From Macrostomum hystrix (Eukaryota; Animalia; Platyhelminthes), in the NCBI GenBank assembly GCA_950097015.1, contig CATNEN010000025.1, forward strand, positions 4,030,001 through 4,094,000: 64,000 bases of DNA, read 5' to 3'. Shown here in pieces: positions 48,661 through 60,329 of this stretch; the stretch's first letter is position 1; every line of letters starts with the position of its first letter. Below the pieces are notes generated by a model. The model saw only the letters and a program-made list of their open reading frames with translations, was not told the origin of the DNA and did not search any database. The translations under genes were made by a program, and so were the position numbers.

Positions 48661-49632
48661 GCTGCCGACTCAACATCAAAGCATCAGCAGCAGCCGCAGC
48701 CGCCGCTCAGTCCAGCGGACCAGCAGCGTCTGCGCCAGCTCACCGCCTACATCGACGATGCAGTCGGCGCACCGCCAGCCTCGGGCAAGAACCGAGGAAA
48801 ACCCGGTTCCAGCGCCACCGCCAAGTCTTCGGCGATTTCTTCTACGGCCGCCGCGGCAGCCGAGCGCGCCGTCCAGCTGGCCTCACAGCTGAGCCGCGCC
48901 GGCCACTCGGGCCGCCTTCGTCAGCTGGCCGACACCGCCCTGGCCGGCGCTAGGCGACGCGCCTGCGCCTACCTGGTCGGCGCTCTAAGCGGCGACTTTC
49001 TGCGCGCTGTTGTGATGGCCTGTCGGCGGCATCGCCAGTCGGTGGGCGTTCTGGAAGCCGCGCTGGAGCTGTCGCTAATCGATACGGCGAATGCCGAATT
49101 TCGCAACGAGGTGCTCGGCTTCCGTCCGTTGGCCGACGCCCTGCGACAGCTCTTGGCCGACATAGTGGCCGCTGAGCACGCTGCCAGCGCTGCCGAGGCC
49201 AACCGGCTGCGCGCTCTCTGCGACTCGCTCGCCTCGATTGACGCCTTCGACTCGCTGGTGCTGGAGCCGCATCTCCGGCCACGGCTAGTCGCCGAATTCG
49301 CCGCTTTGGCCGAGTCGCTGCTCGCCACCTCAGCAAACGCCGCCGCCTACTTAAGCGCCGTACGGGACGCCGTCGAGCGAGTCGCCGAGAGGGTCGGCCG
49401 GTGCTATCGACCGGAGGCGGCGAGGTCTGTATTCGCAATGGCCGCCGATGCAATGGTGCGAGCCCACTGGACCACATGCGTTCAGCTGCTGGCTGGCGAC
49501 TTGCGCGACTCTGACACTGCCGACACCCTTCTGGGCGTCTGCCGCTCGCTGCCTGGCGAGTTCGGAGCTCCTCAGCTGCTGGCGGAGGCGGCCTTGTCGG
49601 CTGGGGTTCCGCTCCCCTCCAACCTGGGCTGA
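48661..49632 (+). CDS. Divergent cullin-3-like protein, N-terminal cullin repeats only (323 codons, no genomic ATG at exon start)
   Basis: Frame open from acceptor ctttaag|GCT GCC GAC to TGA at 49630. Collinear similarity to CUL3 helical repeats as recalled: [29 protein letters not shown] / [56 protein letters not shown] / [50 protein letters not shown] / [23 protein letters not shown]. Confidence 0.75.
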   Translation, partial: [323 protein letters not shown]

Positions 49633-49965
49633 AGTGGGGTTGCCGCTGTTGGTAGGGCCTGGGCTGAGGTGGGGTTGCCGCTGTTTGTAGGGCCTGGGCT
49701 GAGGTGGGGTTGCCGCTGATTATGGGGCCTGGGCTGAGGTGGGGTTGCCGCTGTTTGTAGGGCATGGGCTGAGGTGGGGTTGCCGCTGATTATGGGGCCT
49801 GGGCTGAGGTGGGGTTGCCGCTGTTTGTAGGGCCTGGGCTGAGGTGGGGTTGCCGCTGTTTGTAGGGCCTGGGCTGAGGTGGGGTTGCCGCTGATTATGG
49901 GGCCTGGGCTGAGGTGGTGTGGCCGCTGTTTATGAGGCCTGGGCTGAAGTGGGCTTGCCGCTGCT
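49623..49965. repeat. 35-bp minisatellite overlapping the stop codon of the cullin-like ORF
   Basis: Unit gggctgaggtggggttgccgctgtttgtagggcct. Confidence 0.93.
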
Positions 49966-50647
49966 GTAGGTCGACTTTGCGCAAGATAACTTTACTTTAT
50001 TGACAATTTTACTGTTTGTGTCGTATCTCCAATAACCAGAGCTTCAATTTAGATTTTTTCAGTTACCAAACGATGCACTGTTTTTCATGACAGTACTGAT
50101 GTACGTTAGTTATCAGTGGTTACATAAGCACTGTTTTAGTCCAGTTTTTTAGGAGAACGGATTAACCTTGTTCCTTTAATAACAAGAATTGAATCATTTG
50201 TATTGACATGTGCCTTTTATTTTATAGTACTAGTTTTGGCTTTTAGTCAGTAGCATGCGGTTTTTTTTAATCGACGTGCTTCATTCCAATTTTGTTCAAA
50301 TTTGCTCAATTGTCCTTTAAGAATTTAACAGCTCAAGTTTGGCTTATAATTCCTGTTTACAAACAGTTAATTTGAGTATATTTGTGATGTATTGTTAATT
50401 ATACAAAGTGACGTAATTAAATAGCTTGTGTTTAGATGTTGAAAAAACCGGATATAAAAATGGCAATATCGTTTCGTGTTCATTTCTGTGTGTGCGCGGG
50501 TTGTAAATCAAGAAATGTCGCTTATAAAAATAAGTTTGCACATAAAACAACCGCACAAAAAATTCAGAGATTTCAATGCGCATTTTATGCTACTGCGAGT
50601 AGAAAATATAGAATCTTAGGTCTTCGCAAATCTGAATCATCAGGCGC

Positions 50648-53600
50648 CTAAATTTCAATCTCTAATTCTTCTTCGAATTTGGTAAACTTTACTGCTGGCA
50701 CTGCTGGCGGGTTTGGTTGACTTCGACTATTGTTTACATTGACAACGCCAGCTTGTTGGTTAGCAACCGACGCGACGCTCTGGACTGTTGCGGTCGATTT
50801 CGCAGCTGATTGTTGTCTAAAATGGTAGTGAGATTTTCCATTTCTTTACTCTACTTACATTAGTAGTATAATTGAGCATTAGCTCAATTGCCCCAGCTAA
50901 TGCTGGTACCCATTTAACAGCTGGGTTAACTGAAGCAATGCAGAGTTATGTGTCTTGCTCGAAGGACAAAAAATGTTACTTCGAAGTGAAGAATCGAACC
51001 CCTGACCTTCAAGTTGTAATTCCGATGCTCCAACCGCATGACAATTATCCTTTTATGTTAACATGACAGTAAAATGAGTTACAACTCAATATTATTGAAC
51101 GCAAAGACCCGCCCAGGGCGCGTGCAGTCCTAGCGGGGTAATATCTAGATGTCACGGGACACGCCCTTTATAAATAGTAGGAAGGGGGGAAATCTATTTC
51201 CACTGCAGTGGACCGGTTTGAAGAAGCGCTTTGGCTTTGAGAAGCCTTCGGGAGCTATTTGTCTCTCGTATTTTCGATCCCATCCCTAAGGCCTCTAATT
51301 CGGGCGTTAATTGCGTCAATTTCTGAGCCGGGATTCATCGATACACTTGTTGGCTGTTATTAACGCAACATTTATTTAGTGCTTTGTCTCACCTGTTGTC
51401 TGATGGCACACAACAGCTTTTAATGGCTGTGCCTCGATTACAGCAACGGTGGCAGCAGTTGCTGTCTATGGCCGCCTCCTGAAGCTTGCTGGCCGCCAGT
51501 CTGAGGTTGGCGTCCACCGCAGATTCGCTGACGCTGTCGCGGGTGGAGCGGCCACTACGGATGTTTTATTCGAATACTGTGCTTGGTCCGGTTGAAACAC
51601 AAACTGTTCTTCATCTTCTGGCAGCGTCTGTTCTGCTCTGCTTTCCTGTCCTCTCCTCTCCCCCATCTCACCCCTCTCGTCTCATCTCCTCTCCTCTACT
51701 CTCCTCTCCTCTTCTCTCCTCTCCTCATCTCTCCACTCCGATACTCTGCACTTTCTTCTCCTCCTCTCGAATATATCCAGGATATCAGATCCCAGATCCC
51801 AGTTAGGTCCCTGATCCCAAATCTCAGGTCGCAGATCCTAAATATCAGGCCCCAGATCTCAGATCTCAGGTTCCAGGTCCCAGATCCCAGATCTCAGGTC
51901 CCATATCTTAGGTCCTAGATCCTAGATTCCAAGATCCCATATCCGAGATCCCAGATTTCAGATCTCAGGTCCCAGATCCCAAATCCCAGATCCCAGATCC
52001 CAGATCTCAGATCCCAGATCCCACGCAGCCTCACCCGGTCCTGGCGGGCATGTCGGCCGAGTTCTCCTTAGTCTGGTAGGCGGAGTCGCCCAGACGCGCC
52101 TTCACGGATGCCGGACGACCGCCCTTCTGGCTTGAGCAACAGCTGTCGAGACGGTCGACCCGCGGCTCCTGCCGTCCACCAAGAGTCGCCTCGACAGCAG
52201 ACAGCTGCACCTGGCGGACAACGCCTCTTTCGGCGGGGTCAGGCGTCGAGATCTCGTCAGAAGTCAGAGTCTGACGAGTCGATCCAGTCACCACCGTATC
52301 GCCGCCGCTGCCACGTTCCACCTCGTAGTCTTCGTCCTCGTCGTCGTCATCCAATGCGCGTCGGCGCAGGCGAAGTAGGTGGCGCCGACGAAGCTGCCTT
52401 CCGACAGCGGGCAGGATGGCCGAGTGTGACTCGGTTGCGCGACGGCTCCAGTCCTCCACATAGATGAATGTGTCGCCGGCCACAATTGGTGATCGACATC
52501 CGCCAACAATGTCCTCAAGCGACGGCGTCGGAGAAGCCAGCCGCGGCGCCGTCAGCTCCGTGGCCGAACCAGTCGTCCTAGTCATCGAATTCGTCGCTGT
52601 TGTTGTCGAAGTCGCCAGCGGTGCAGTCGACGAGACCGGCGGCACCGTCAACAGTTTCGGCGGTGGCGGCCTCGGCAGCGACGTCTCGCAGAGTCGCTGG
52701 AGCTCCGCTTGGAAGCGCTCCAGGCGTCGGCTGGCCAGCTCTTCGACGCGCCCGCCGCGGCCACCGAGTCCGACGCCGCCGCTCACCGCGGAGGCCGATC
52801 TCCGGCGACGGCGCTCTCGACCAGGACGAGCCTTCGATCGGCTCGAATGGCGCCGGTCCTGAGCTCCCACATTGCTCGCCTCTGACTCTTCCTCAGCCTC
52901 TTCTTCCTCTTCCTCGTCAGCAGCCGCCACGGCGGCGGCGGCCGCCTTAGCAGCAGCGCAGCTCATGTCCTCGATGGAGTTGCACTTGCCCGCCGTGACC
53001 ACTTTGGCGCGGGCCTCCGCCGCGGTCGGCTGCTGCGCCAAAAGCCACGAGGCCACTCCGCTGTCGCCGTTGCTACCGCAGCTGCAGGATGACTTTCTTG
53101 TAGGGAGCGGCTCCGCTCGTTCCTCCAACCGGCAGCTTCGTCGACTGCTCTTCCGACGACGCGACCGGCAGCAGCTGTCGCCGTCACGCACACACTCGCC
53201 TTCTGCCTCGCCCTCGCCTTCGCCGTGAAATTTCGCCCTGAGCGCTTGCACCTCGGCCTGGAAGCGGCGCCAGCAGCGGCGGCAGGTGCAGCCGGCCGAG
53301 GCCTGCCTGACCAGACGGTCCAGCAGGCGGCGCCGATTTTCGACGACGTCTCCTTCCGGCTGAGCTCTGGCTGGCTGGTGCGGCCGATGTTGCGCATCAG
53401 CCTCAGCCTCCTCCCGACAACATCGACGGCAGCGACGCTGGAGCCTTCGACGTCGACTACCGACGTTCCAGTCGACCTCGTCGCCGCCTCGGCCACTGCT
53501 GACAAGCTGTCGCTCTTTGCCGTCAGTTGTCATCGCAGCGGCAAAATCAACGCAGCTTCGACTGCCGCCGCATACGCTTCTGTCTTGGCTTCGACGATGC

Positions 53601-56208
53601 CGACGATGCCGCCGACGACCGGAGGTGTCGACGGCGGTTGCCGCAGTCGCCGCCGATTCGCTGGTCCCAGCGCTGGCCATCGTTGTTGTCCGGTTGCGTG
53701 CGAATGCTCGACGCCGGCTGGAGCACCGACGGTCGCCGCTGTGGCAATCGTCGGCTTCAGCCCGGTGGTCGTCTTCGCCAACAATGGAGTTCACGTTGAA
53801 CAGGACGCTGCCGTCGGCTCCAGCCCTGCGGGCCAGCCGGGTGGCGACCTCCTCGGCGAGGGCGCGGATCGCCGCTTCCGCCTCGGCAGCTTCAGCTGCT
53901 TCAACGGCGGCTGCTGCTTCAGCTGACCTCTGCGCTGTCGGGCTCGCGTTGGTCAGTCCAAAAGTGGGCGGCTGCCCGAAGGCTGTGGCTTCGTGGTTGT
54001 CACGGAGTTCTTCCGGTGTGAGCTAAATTGGGTGGGAGGATTTTGAAGTTGGGATTTAAAAGGCTGAAGACTGGCAAGATGGAGAGCAATGACCACAGGA
54101 AGAAGAAGGATGGGACGTTTCGTTTCTTGGAAAATTTATTAAAGGCAGATTTTCACGGAAAGGAAATTTCCATGTTTTTGACTTTAAAGTGTTGATAACT
54201 TTTTATTGAAAGCCGACCAATGCTGTTCTGTTCTTTTATTACTTCTTGCAAAAGATATTGCTTCAATGAACTTTAGAAAGCTTCATTCATGAATTATTCA
54301 TTTTCTTTTTGTTAATTTAACAGGAAGTACAATAACAACCAATCAGGCACTTAATTCTCGTATTAGGAAAATATGAATAGTTGGATGCCTGTCTGACAGG
54401 CAGGACTTTTTGCATCCGTCCCGATTGGTGACTCAAGCCGAGAATTCAGGGGCTGAAAATATGAATTATAAGGTCAGCATTTTCGTATTAGTACCCAGTT
54501 CATATTCTGTAGCTCGCGGAAACGTTAAAAGGTTGCAGTTGCATTCTCTGTGTCAAAACCTTGTTTCTTATCCAGTTGCAGAGAAATAGCGTAATTAATA
54601 AGAGCTGTACTCGCAGACCAGTGAGCAGGGCGTCGACTACCTTTGCCAAATGAACGCCGGCTTACTGATTTCAAGACATGTTCGAATTCAGAACTACTTT
54701 CATGTCGGCAGAACTATGTAAATTATTCTACATCTCAATCTACAGCTCATTATCTACCTTATCTACCTCTCCTCGTCTACCCTATCTACCTCTCCTCATC
54801 TACCTAATCTACCGCTCCTCATCTACCCTATCTACCTCTCATCATCTACCCAATCTACCTCTCCTCATCTACCTTATCTACTTCTCTCTATCGATCCTAT
54901 CTACCTCTCCTCATCTACCTAATCTACCGCTCCTCATCTACCCTATCTACCTCTCATCATCTACCCAATCTACCTCTCCTCATCTACCTAATTTACTTCT
55001 CTCTATCGATCCTATCTACCTCTCATCATCTACCTAATCTACCGCTCCTCATTTACCCTATCTACCTCTCCTCATCTACCCTATCTACCTCTCCTCATCT
55101 ACCTAATCTACCTCTCATCATCTACCCTATCTACCTCTCCTCATCTACCTTATCTACTTCTCACTATCGATCCTATCTACCTCTCCTCATCTCCCTTATC
55201 TACTGAAGTACCTCTCCTCGGAAGAATTTCACCTTTGTCGCCTAATTATCTAGTAGATTTTAGTCTCATAGTTTCGCGCCAAAAACAAGTGTTAGAGACC
55301 AGTGGCTTACCTCGCCAGCTTCCAGATCGCATTCGAATATTGTCAGGCCTGCCTGTCTGCCTCGATAGCCTGCGGATAATTATGGTAAGTCCAATGGTGC
55401 CTATTCGACCTTGCGAAAGCAGCATTTTCAATAGTACAAGCAGACCGTGGCGCTGCGTTAAGGTAACAGTTTCTAGGAAAATTGAGGGAAAAGCCAATTG
55501 ACAAATGAAAAAGTACTCGTACCACAACAACAGACAGAGAAAAAAGTGTACCAGGGAGCCACAGTGATATTTTGACAGAGGGGCAAATTTGACAAAATGA
55601 TAGGCAGCCGGCAGACGGACATAGTGGCATTGTGAGAAGACTGTGACAGATTGACAGGGGGACAGACTGACAGGGTGACAGATTGACAGGGTGACAGATT
55701 GACAGGGTGACAGATTGACAGGGTGACAGATTGACAGGGTGACAGATTGACAGGGTGACAGATTGACAGGGTGACAGATTGACAGGGTGACAGATTGACA
55801 GGGTTACATAAGCGCAGTGTCAAAGAGTCATCCCTAATTTCTCCAGTCACACAGCCCCTAAATTTGCCTACCTGCGACGCCGACCGCATTTTCAGCCGCC
55901 GCCGAAGCGGCCGCCGCTGCATCAGCAGCCGAGCCGGGCTTCCAGCGGCACAGCCGGCAGCGCGACAAGTCGTCCTCGTACTGTCGCTTCAGGCAGGTCG
56001 CCAAGGCCAGCAGGAGTAACAGGCCGACCAGGGCGATCGCCCCGATCCAAAACGGCCCGTCGAGCAGGCTTTGCGGCGTCGGCTGCGCCATCGGCGACGT
56101 CGCCATTGTGGCCGCTGCTCCGGCTGTCGCGGCGACTTCCGTCATCAGAATCGCATGGTCGGCGAAGCTTGGCAACGTCGATGGTGCAGGCGACGACGTT
56201 GTTGCCAT
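50648..56208 (-). CDS. Orphan single-pass membrane protein with a long low-complexity cytoplasmic tail, 6 exons, ~920 aa
   Basis: Exons 56208-55872, 55369-55311, 54713-54666, 54022-52035, 51554-51393, 50816-50648 total 2763 nt; phases 1,0,0,2,2 all match at GT-AG sites. S/T/A-rich N-terminus, TM FWIGAIALVGLLLLLALATCL, C-terminus KFTKFEEELEIEI. No family recognised. Confidence 0.7.
50891..51042 (-). mobile_element. tRNA-derived CORE-like SINE (in the last intron of the minus-strand gene)
   Basis: Near-identical to 59535-59620; B-box GGTTCGATTC on the minus strand. Confidence 0.8.
51780..52022. repeat. 7-bp (cccagat/ctcagat) microsatellite, with a CT-rich tract at 51630-51760
   Basis: Direct inspection. 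Confidence 0.85.
54725..55205. repeat. ctacct/ctcatct-based intronic minisatellite
   Basis: Degenerate units such as ctacctctcctcatctacctaat. Confidence 0.88.
55645..55805. repeat. 16-bp intronic minisatellite
   Basis: Unit gacagattgacagggt. Confidence 0.92.
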
Positions 56209-56254
56209 GGAAACTAAGCGAATCGAAAACGCCGAACGTCGAAGATGACTGATG

Positions 56255-56495
56255 ACTGTGTGACTGAGGGACTGTGTGACTGAGGAACTGTGTGACTGAG
56301 GGACTGTGTGACTGAGGGACTGTGTGACTGAGGGACTGTGTGACTGAGGGACTGTGTGACTGAAGGACTGTGTGACTGAGGGACTGTGTGACTGAGGAAC
56401 TGTGTGACTGAGGGACTGTGTGACTGAGGGACTGTGTGACTGAGGGACTGTGTGACTGAGGGACTGTGTGACTGAGGGACTGTGTGACTGAGGGA
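56255..56495. repeat. 16-bp minisatellite
   Basis: Unit gactgtgtgactgagg. Confidence 0.93.
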
Positions 56496-56914
56496 ATGCT
56501 GGAATGAGGTAGTGCTGGAATGAGAGAATGAGGAGGGAATGATGGAATGAGGGAATGATGGAATGAGGGAATGATGGAATGATGAAAGATAAAATATAAG
56601 AATAGCTTTTTATGTTTGAATGCAGCATTATCTGGTAAATTGATTTGCTACTGATCAAAAATCTGTTTATTACTTTGTAATTAACCCGAGTTTTCGTCTT
56701 AATGCAGAAAAATGCTACTTTTTGCATCAAGAAATGCGGAAAAAATCCTTTAGTGCGCAGGTCTTGTGCTATTATATTTTCAGCCCATGAAATCTTCGGT
56801 GTCAGAAAGTCAGAAATGCAAACACTTATTGATTTGGGTTGATGCCAGAAAAAAAGTTGACTCGAGAACACTCATGGAGACACCGTTTACAAAGCTATTA
56901 GTCATTATCGATAA

Positions 56915-57125
56915 TAACTGACTGACTGACTGACTGACTGACTGACTGACTGACTGACTGACTGACTGACTGACTGACTGACTGACTGACTGACTGACTG
57001 ACTGACTGACTGACTGACTGACTGACTGACTGACTGACTGACTGACTGACTGACTGACTGACTGACTGACTGACTGACTGACTGACTGACTGACTGACTG
57101 ACTGACTGACTGACTGACTGACTGA
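56915..57125. repeat. (ACTG)n microsatellite, ~50 units
   Basis: Perfect tetranucleotide run. Confidence 0.98.
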
Positions 57126-57994
57126 GCAAATATACTGAAGAGCAATATACTATTATTAAACTTACACACAAATCCAGGTCGGTTGGAATCGAGCAGCCAG
57201 GCAACCAGATTGGCGAATTGGGGCAATGTTTGTCTCGAATTTATAATCCTAGGCGAAGTGTCGAGCCCTGTCCAATGGCCAGGCGAAGTCCCATCTCTGT
57301 CCTATCCTACGCGTGGCTGCAGGCCTGTGTGAGGAGGTTCCCATCGATGGGAATGGGATAAGCGGTCTTGGAGGGTTTGAGGTCGCGCCAAGTCGAACAA
57401 AATCCATTTGCATAAAATTGTGCATACGGTTATTTTTCTACTCCAATGCTGGCTCAGGCCCATTAAATAAAAGCACTTTGGCCGTATCTGGTACATGGGG
57501 GGTGGGCACAGTGCAATATGAGCATGGTTCGCAATACACGAGCCAGCTAATGCGTGACGATTGAATGGATAAAATCCCAGAGTTACAAAAAATGTAAAAG
57601 TATACATGTGTAAAAAGCATGTCAAAAACCTTGGGACTGCCATAGATTTTAAACGATAGGAGATGAGCTTAGCAATTTACATCTGTCTGTGTACATCTAG
57701 TCTAATCTGATTGGATAGATGCATTAGCCAATCACAGCGAATAGTCGCCATACATCTAAAGACAGCCAAGAGAAAATGATTTCAATGTACATTTGCGCAC
57801 GTACATATCATAGGGATGTGACATGTCTAGGCCTCCGCGGCGAGGCCACATTCATTTGAATGAATAGTCTCCGTGATTTCAGAGATAAGAGGCTATTAAT
57901 TAATTAACCCAAGTTATCGTCTTACTAATTCAGAAAAACTCGACTCATTTGCTGAAAAGTATGGAAAACTTATTTACTCTACATGTATTACCTC

Positions 57995-59290
57995 ATTTAC
58001 TCATTCCATCATTCCATCATTCCATCGTTCCATCATTCCATCATTCCCTCATTCTCTCATTCCACCATTCTCTCATTCCCTCATTCCACCATTCCCTCAT
58101 TCTCTCATTCCATCATTTCCTCATTCCATCATTTCCTCATTCCATCAATCCCTCATTCCCTCATTCTCTCATTCCATCATTCCCTCATTCCACCATTCCC
58201 TCATTCTCTCATTCCATCATTCCCTCATTCTATCATTCCATCATTCTATCATTCCATCATTCCCACATTCTCTCATTCCATCATTCCCTCATTCTATCAT
58301 TCCATCATTCTATCATTCCATCATTCCCTCATTCTCTCATTCCATCATTCCCTCATTCTATCATTCCATCATTCCCTCATTCTATCATTCCCTCATTCTC
58401 TCATTCCCTCATTCCATCATTCTCTCATTCCCTCATTCCACCATTCCCTCATTCCATCATTCCCTCATTCTATCATTCCCTTATTCCACCATTCCCTCAT
58501 TCTCTCATTCCATCATTCCCTCATTCCCTCATTCTCTCATTCCATCATTCCCTCATTCTATCATTCCCTCATTCTCTCATTCCCTCATTCCATCATTCTC
58601 TCATTCCATCATTCCATCATTCTCTCATTCCATCATTCCCTCATTCTATCATTCCCTCATTCTCTCATTCCCTCATTCCACCATTCCCTCATTCTCTCAT
58701 TCCACCATTCCCTCATTCTCTCATTCCATCATTCCCTCATTCCCTCATTCTCTCATTCCATCATTCCCTCATTCTATCATTCCCTCATTCTCTCATTCCC
58801 TCATTCCCTCATTCCATCATTCCCTCATTCTATCATTCCCTCATTCCCTCATTCCCTCATTCCCTCATTCTCTCATTCCATCATTCCCTCATTCTCTCAT
58901 TCCCTCATTCCATCATTCTCTCATTCCCTCATTCCCTCATTCTCTCATTCTATCATTCCCTCATTCCACCATTCCCTCATTCTCTCAATCCACCATTCTC
59001 TCATTCCCTCATTCCATCATTTCCTCATTCCATCATTCTCTCATTCCCTCATTCCACCATTCCCTCATTCCATCATTTCCTCATTCCATCATTTCCTCAT
59101 TCCATCATTCCCTCATTCCACCATTCCCTCATTCTCTCATTCCATCATTCTCTCATTCCATCATTCCCTCATTCCCTCATTCTCTCATTCCATCATTCCC
59201 TCATTCTCTCATTCCCTCATTCCATCATTCCCTCATTCTATCATTCCCTCATTCCATCATTCCATCATTCCCTCATTCCATCATTTCCCT
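57995..59290. repeat. cattc-based G-free satellite
   Basis: tcattccc/tcattcca/tcattctc units; source of the HSLIPSF pseudo-ORFs. Confidence 0.96.
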
Positions 59291-59376
59291 CATTTACTCC
59301 TACATTTGAGGCGAAACTCCACCCCAAGGCGCAGGAGCATACATACCGCCTGATGATGAGAAGTCACATGTACTAA

Positions 59377-59687
59377 TTAATAATAATAATAATAATAATT
59401 GATTACACCTGCCGCAATTGGGTCAGATGTGCAGCCGACAGCACAGCCGCAGCTAATGCGCGGCGCATCTGAAGGCTGCGTACAGCTGTTCAGTCCACAC
59501 GGACTGGGGGGACGCCACACCCACCTTCAATTATCCCAGCTAATGCTGGTACCCATTTAACAGCTGGGTGAACTGAAGCAATGCAGAGTTAAGTGTCTTG
59601 CTAAAGGACGCAAATGGTTCGAGTGGAGTCGGGAATCGAACCCCCGACCTTCAAGTCGTGAGTCCGACGCCCTAACCACTAGGCTAC
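59377..59687 (-). mobile_element. Apparently full-length tRNA-derived CORE-like SINE with (ATT)n tail
   Basis: Minus strand: A box TAGCCTAGTGG, B box GGTTCGATTCC, then gtcctttagcaagacacttaactctgcattgcttcagttcacccagctgttaaatggg (resembles the MIR/CORE domain), a unique 3' part, and an (att)n tail at 59377-59400. Confidence 0.82.
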
Positions 59688-60329
59688 AACCTCTGCGCAC
59701 ATGTACGCATAATTATTAAAGACAGCCACCCCAAAGTTGATGAATAAATTTGCCAATCAGCGTGATTATTTGAAAATTGGAAAGCACCGATTAAAAAAAC
59801 AAAAAGCAGGTCACAGCCTTATTCCTAGAGTAAATAGATTTTTAATCTAAATGTGGTTTTCAATTTTACTACTAAGAAAGCACTGTTGCTACCTTTGGGT
59901 GGATACCGTCGCTTATCGCAGTATAATTAAAACCATAAAGAGAAGTGTCTTTTCGCAATGCTTTTTCAACTATTTCTAAACCGGGTTGCAAAGCCAGGGA
60001 CCAGACCAGGGGCACCCGATCGTATTACCTTTGCCTCAGTTTATAACGTTGCCAAATGCGCCCAGAAACGGCACTGTACATCAAAGTGTACAATCCGAGG
60101 TACAGACCATTGCCAGCCAAATTTGCCGCATAGATCAAATACGGTCGTAAATAAATTCTCAAGATTGAAAGCACACTAATATTTATAGGCAGAGAGCTTC
60201 GAACACAGCCACATTTTCACCCAAGCTGGACCAACTAATTGCAAGGCTTCTGCTCGGTAAACAGTGTAGAAGGTAATTGCTGGAAACTGTTTATCGTATG
60301 GCAAAGCATTCAATTCTTATTGACAATAA

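Noticed and set aside
52108-54026. Several plus-strand ORFs up to 233 aa
   Set aside because: Antisense shadows of the GC-rich 1988-nt exon of the minus-strand gene, which has the consistent splice sites.
57313-57564. EHGSQYTSQLM resembling the retroviral integrase DxGSQxTS motif
   Set aside because: Only a few residues match, the catalytic Asp is absent, and no other LTR-element domains are visible.
57949-59376. 475- and 456-aa His/Ser-rich ORFs
   Set aside because: G-free cattc satellite open in several frames.
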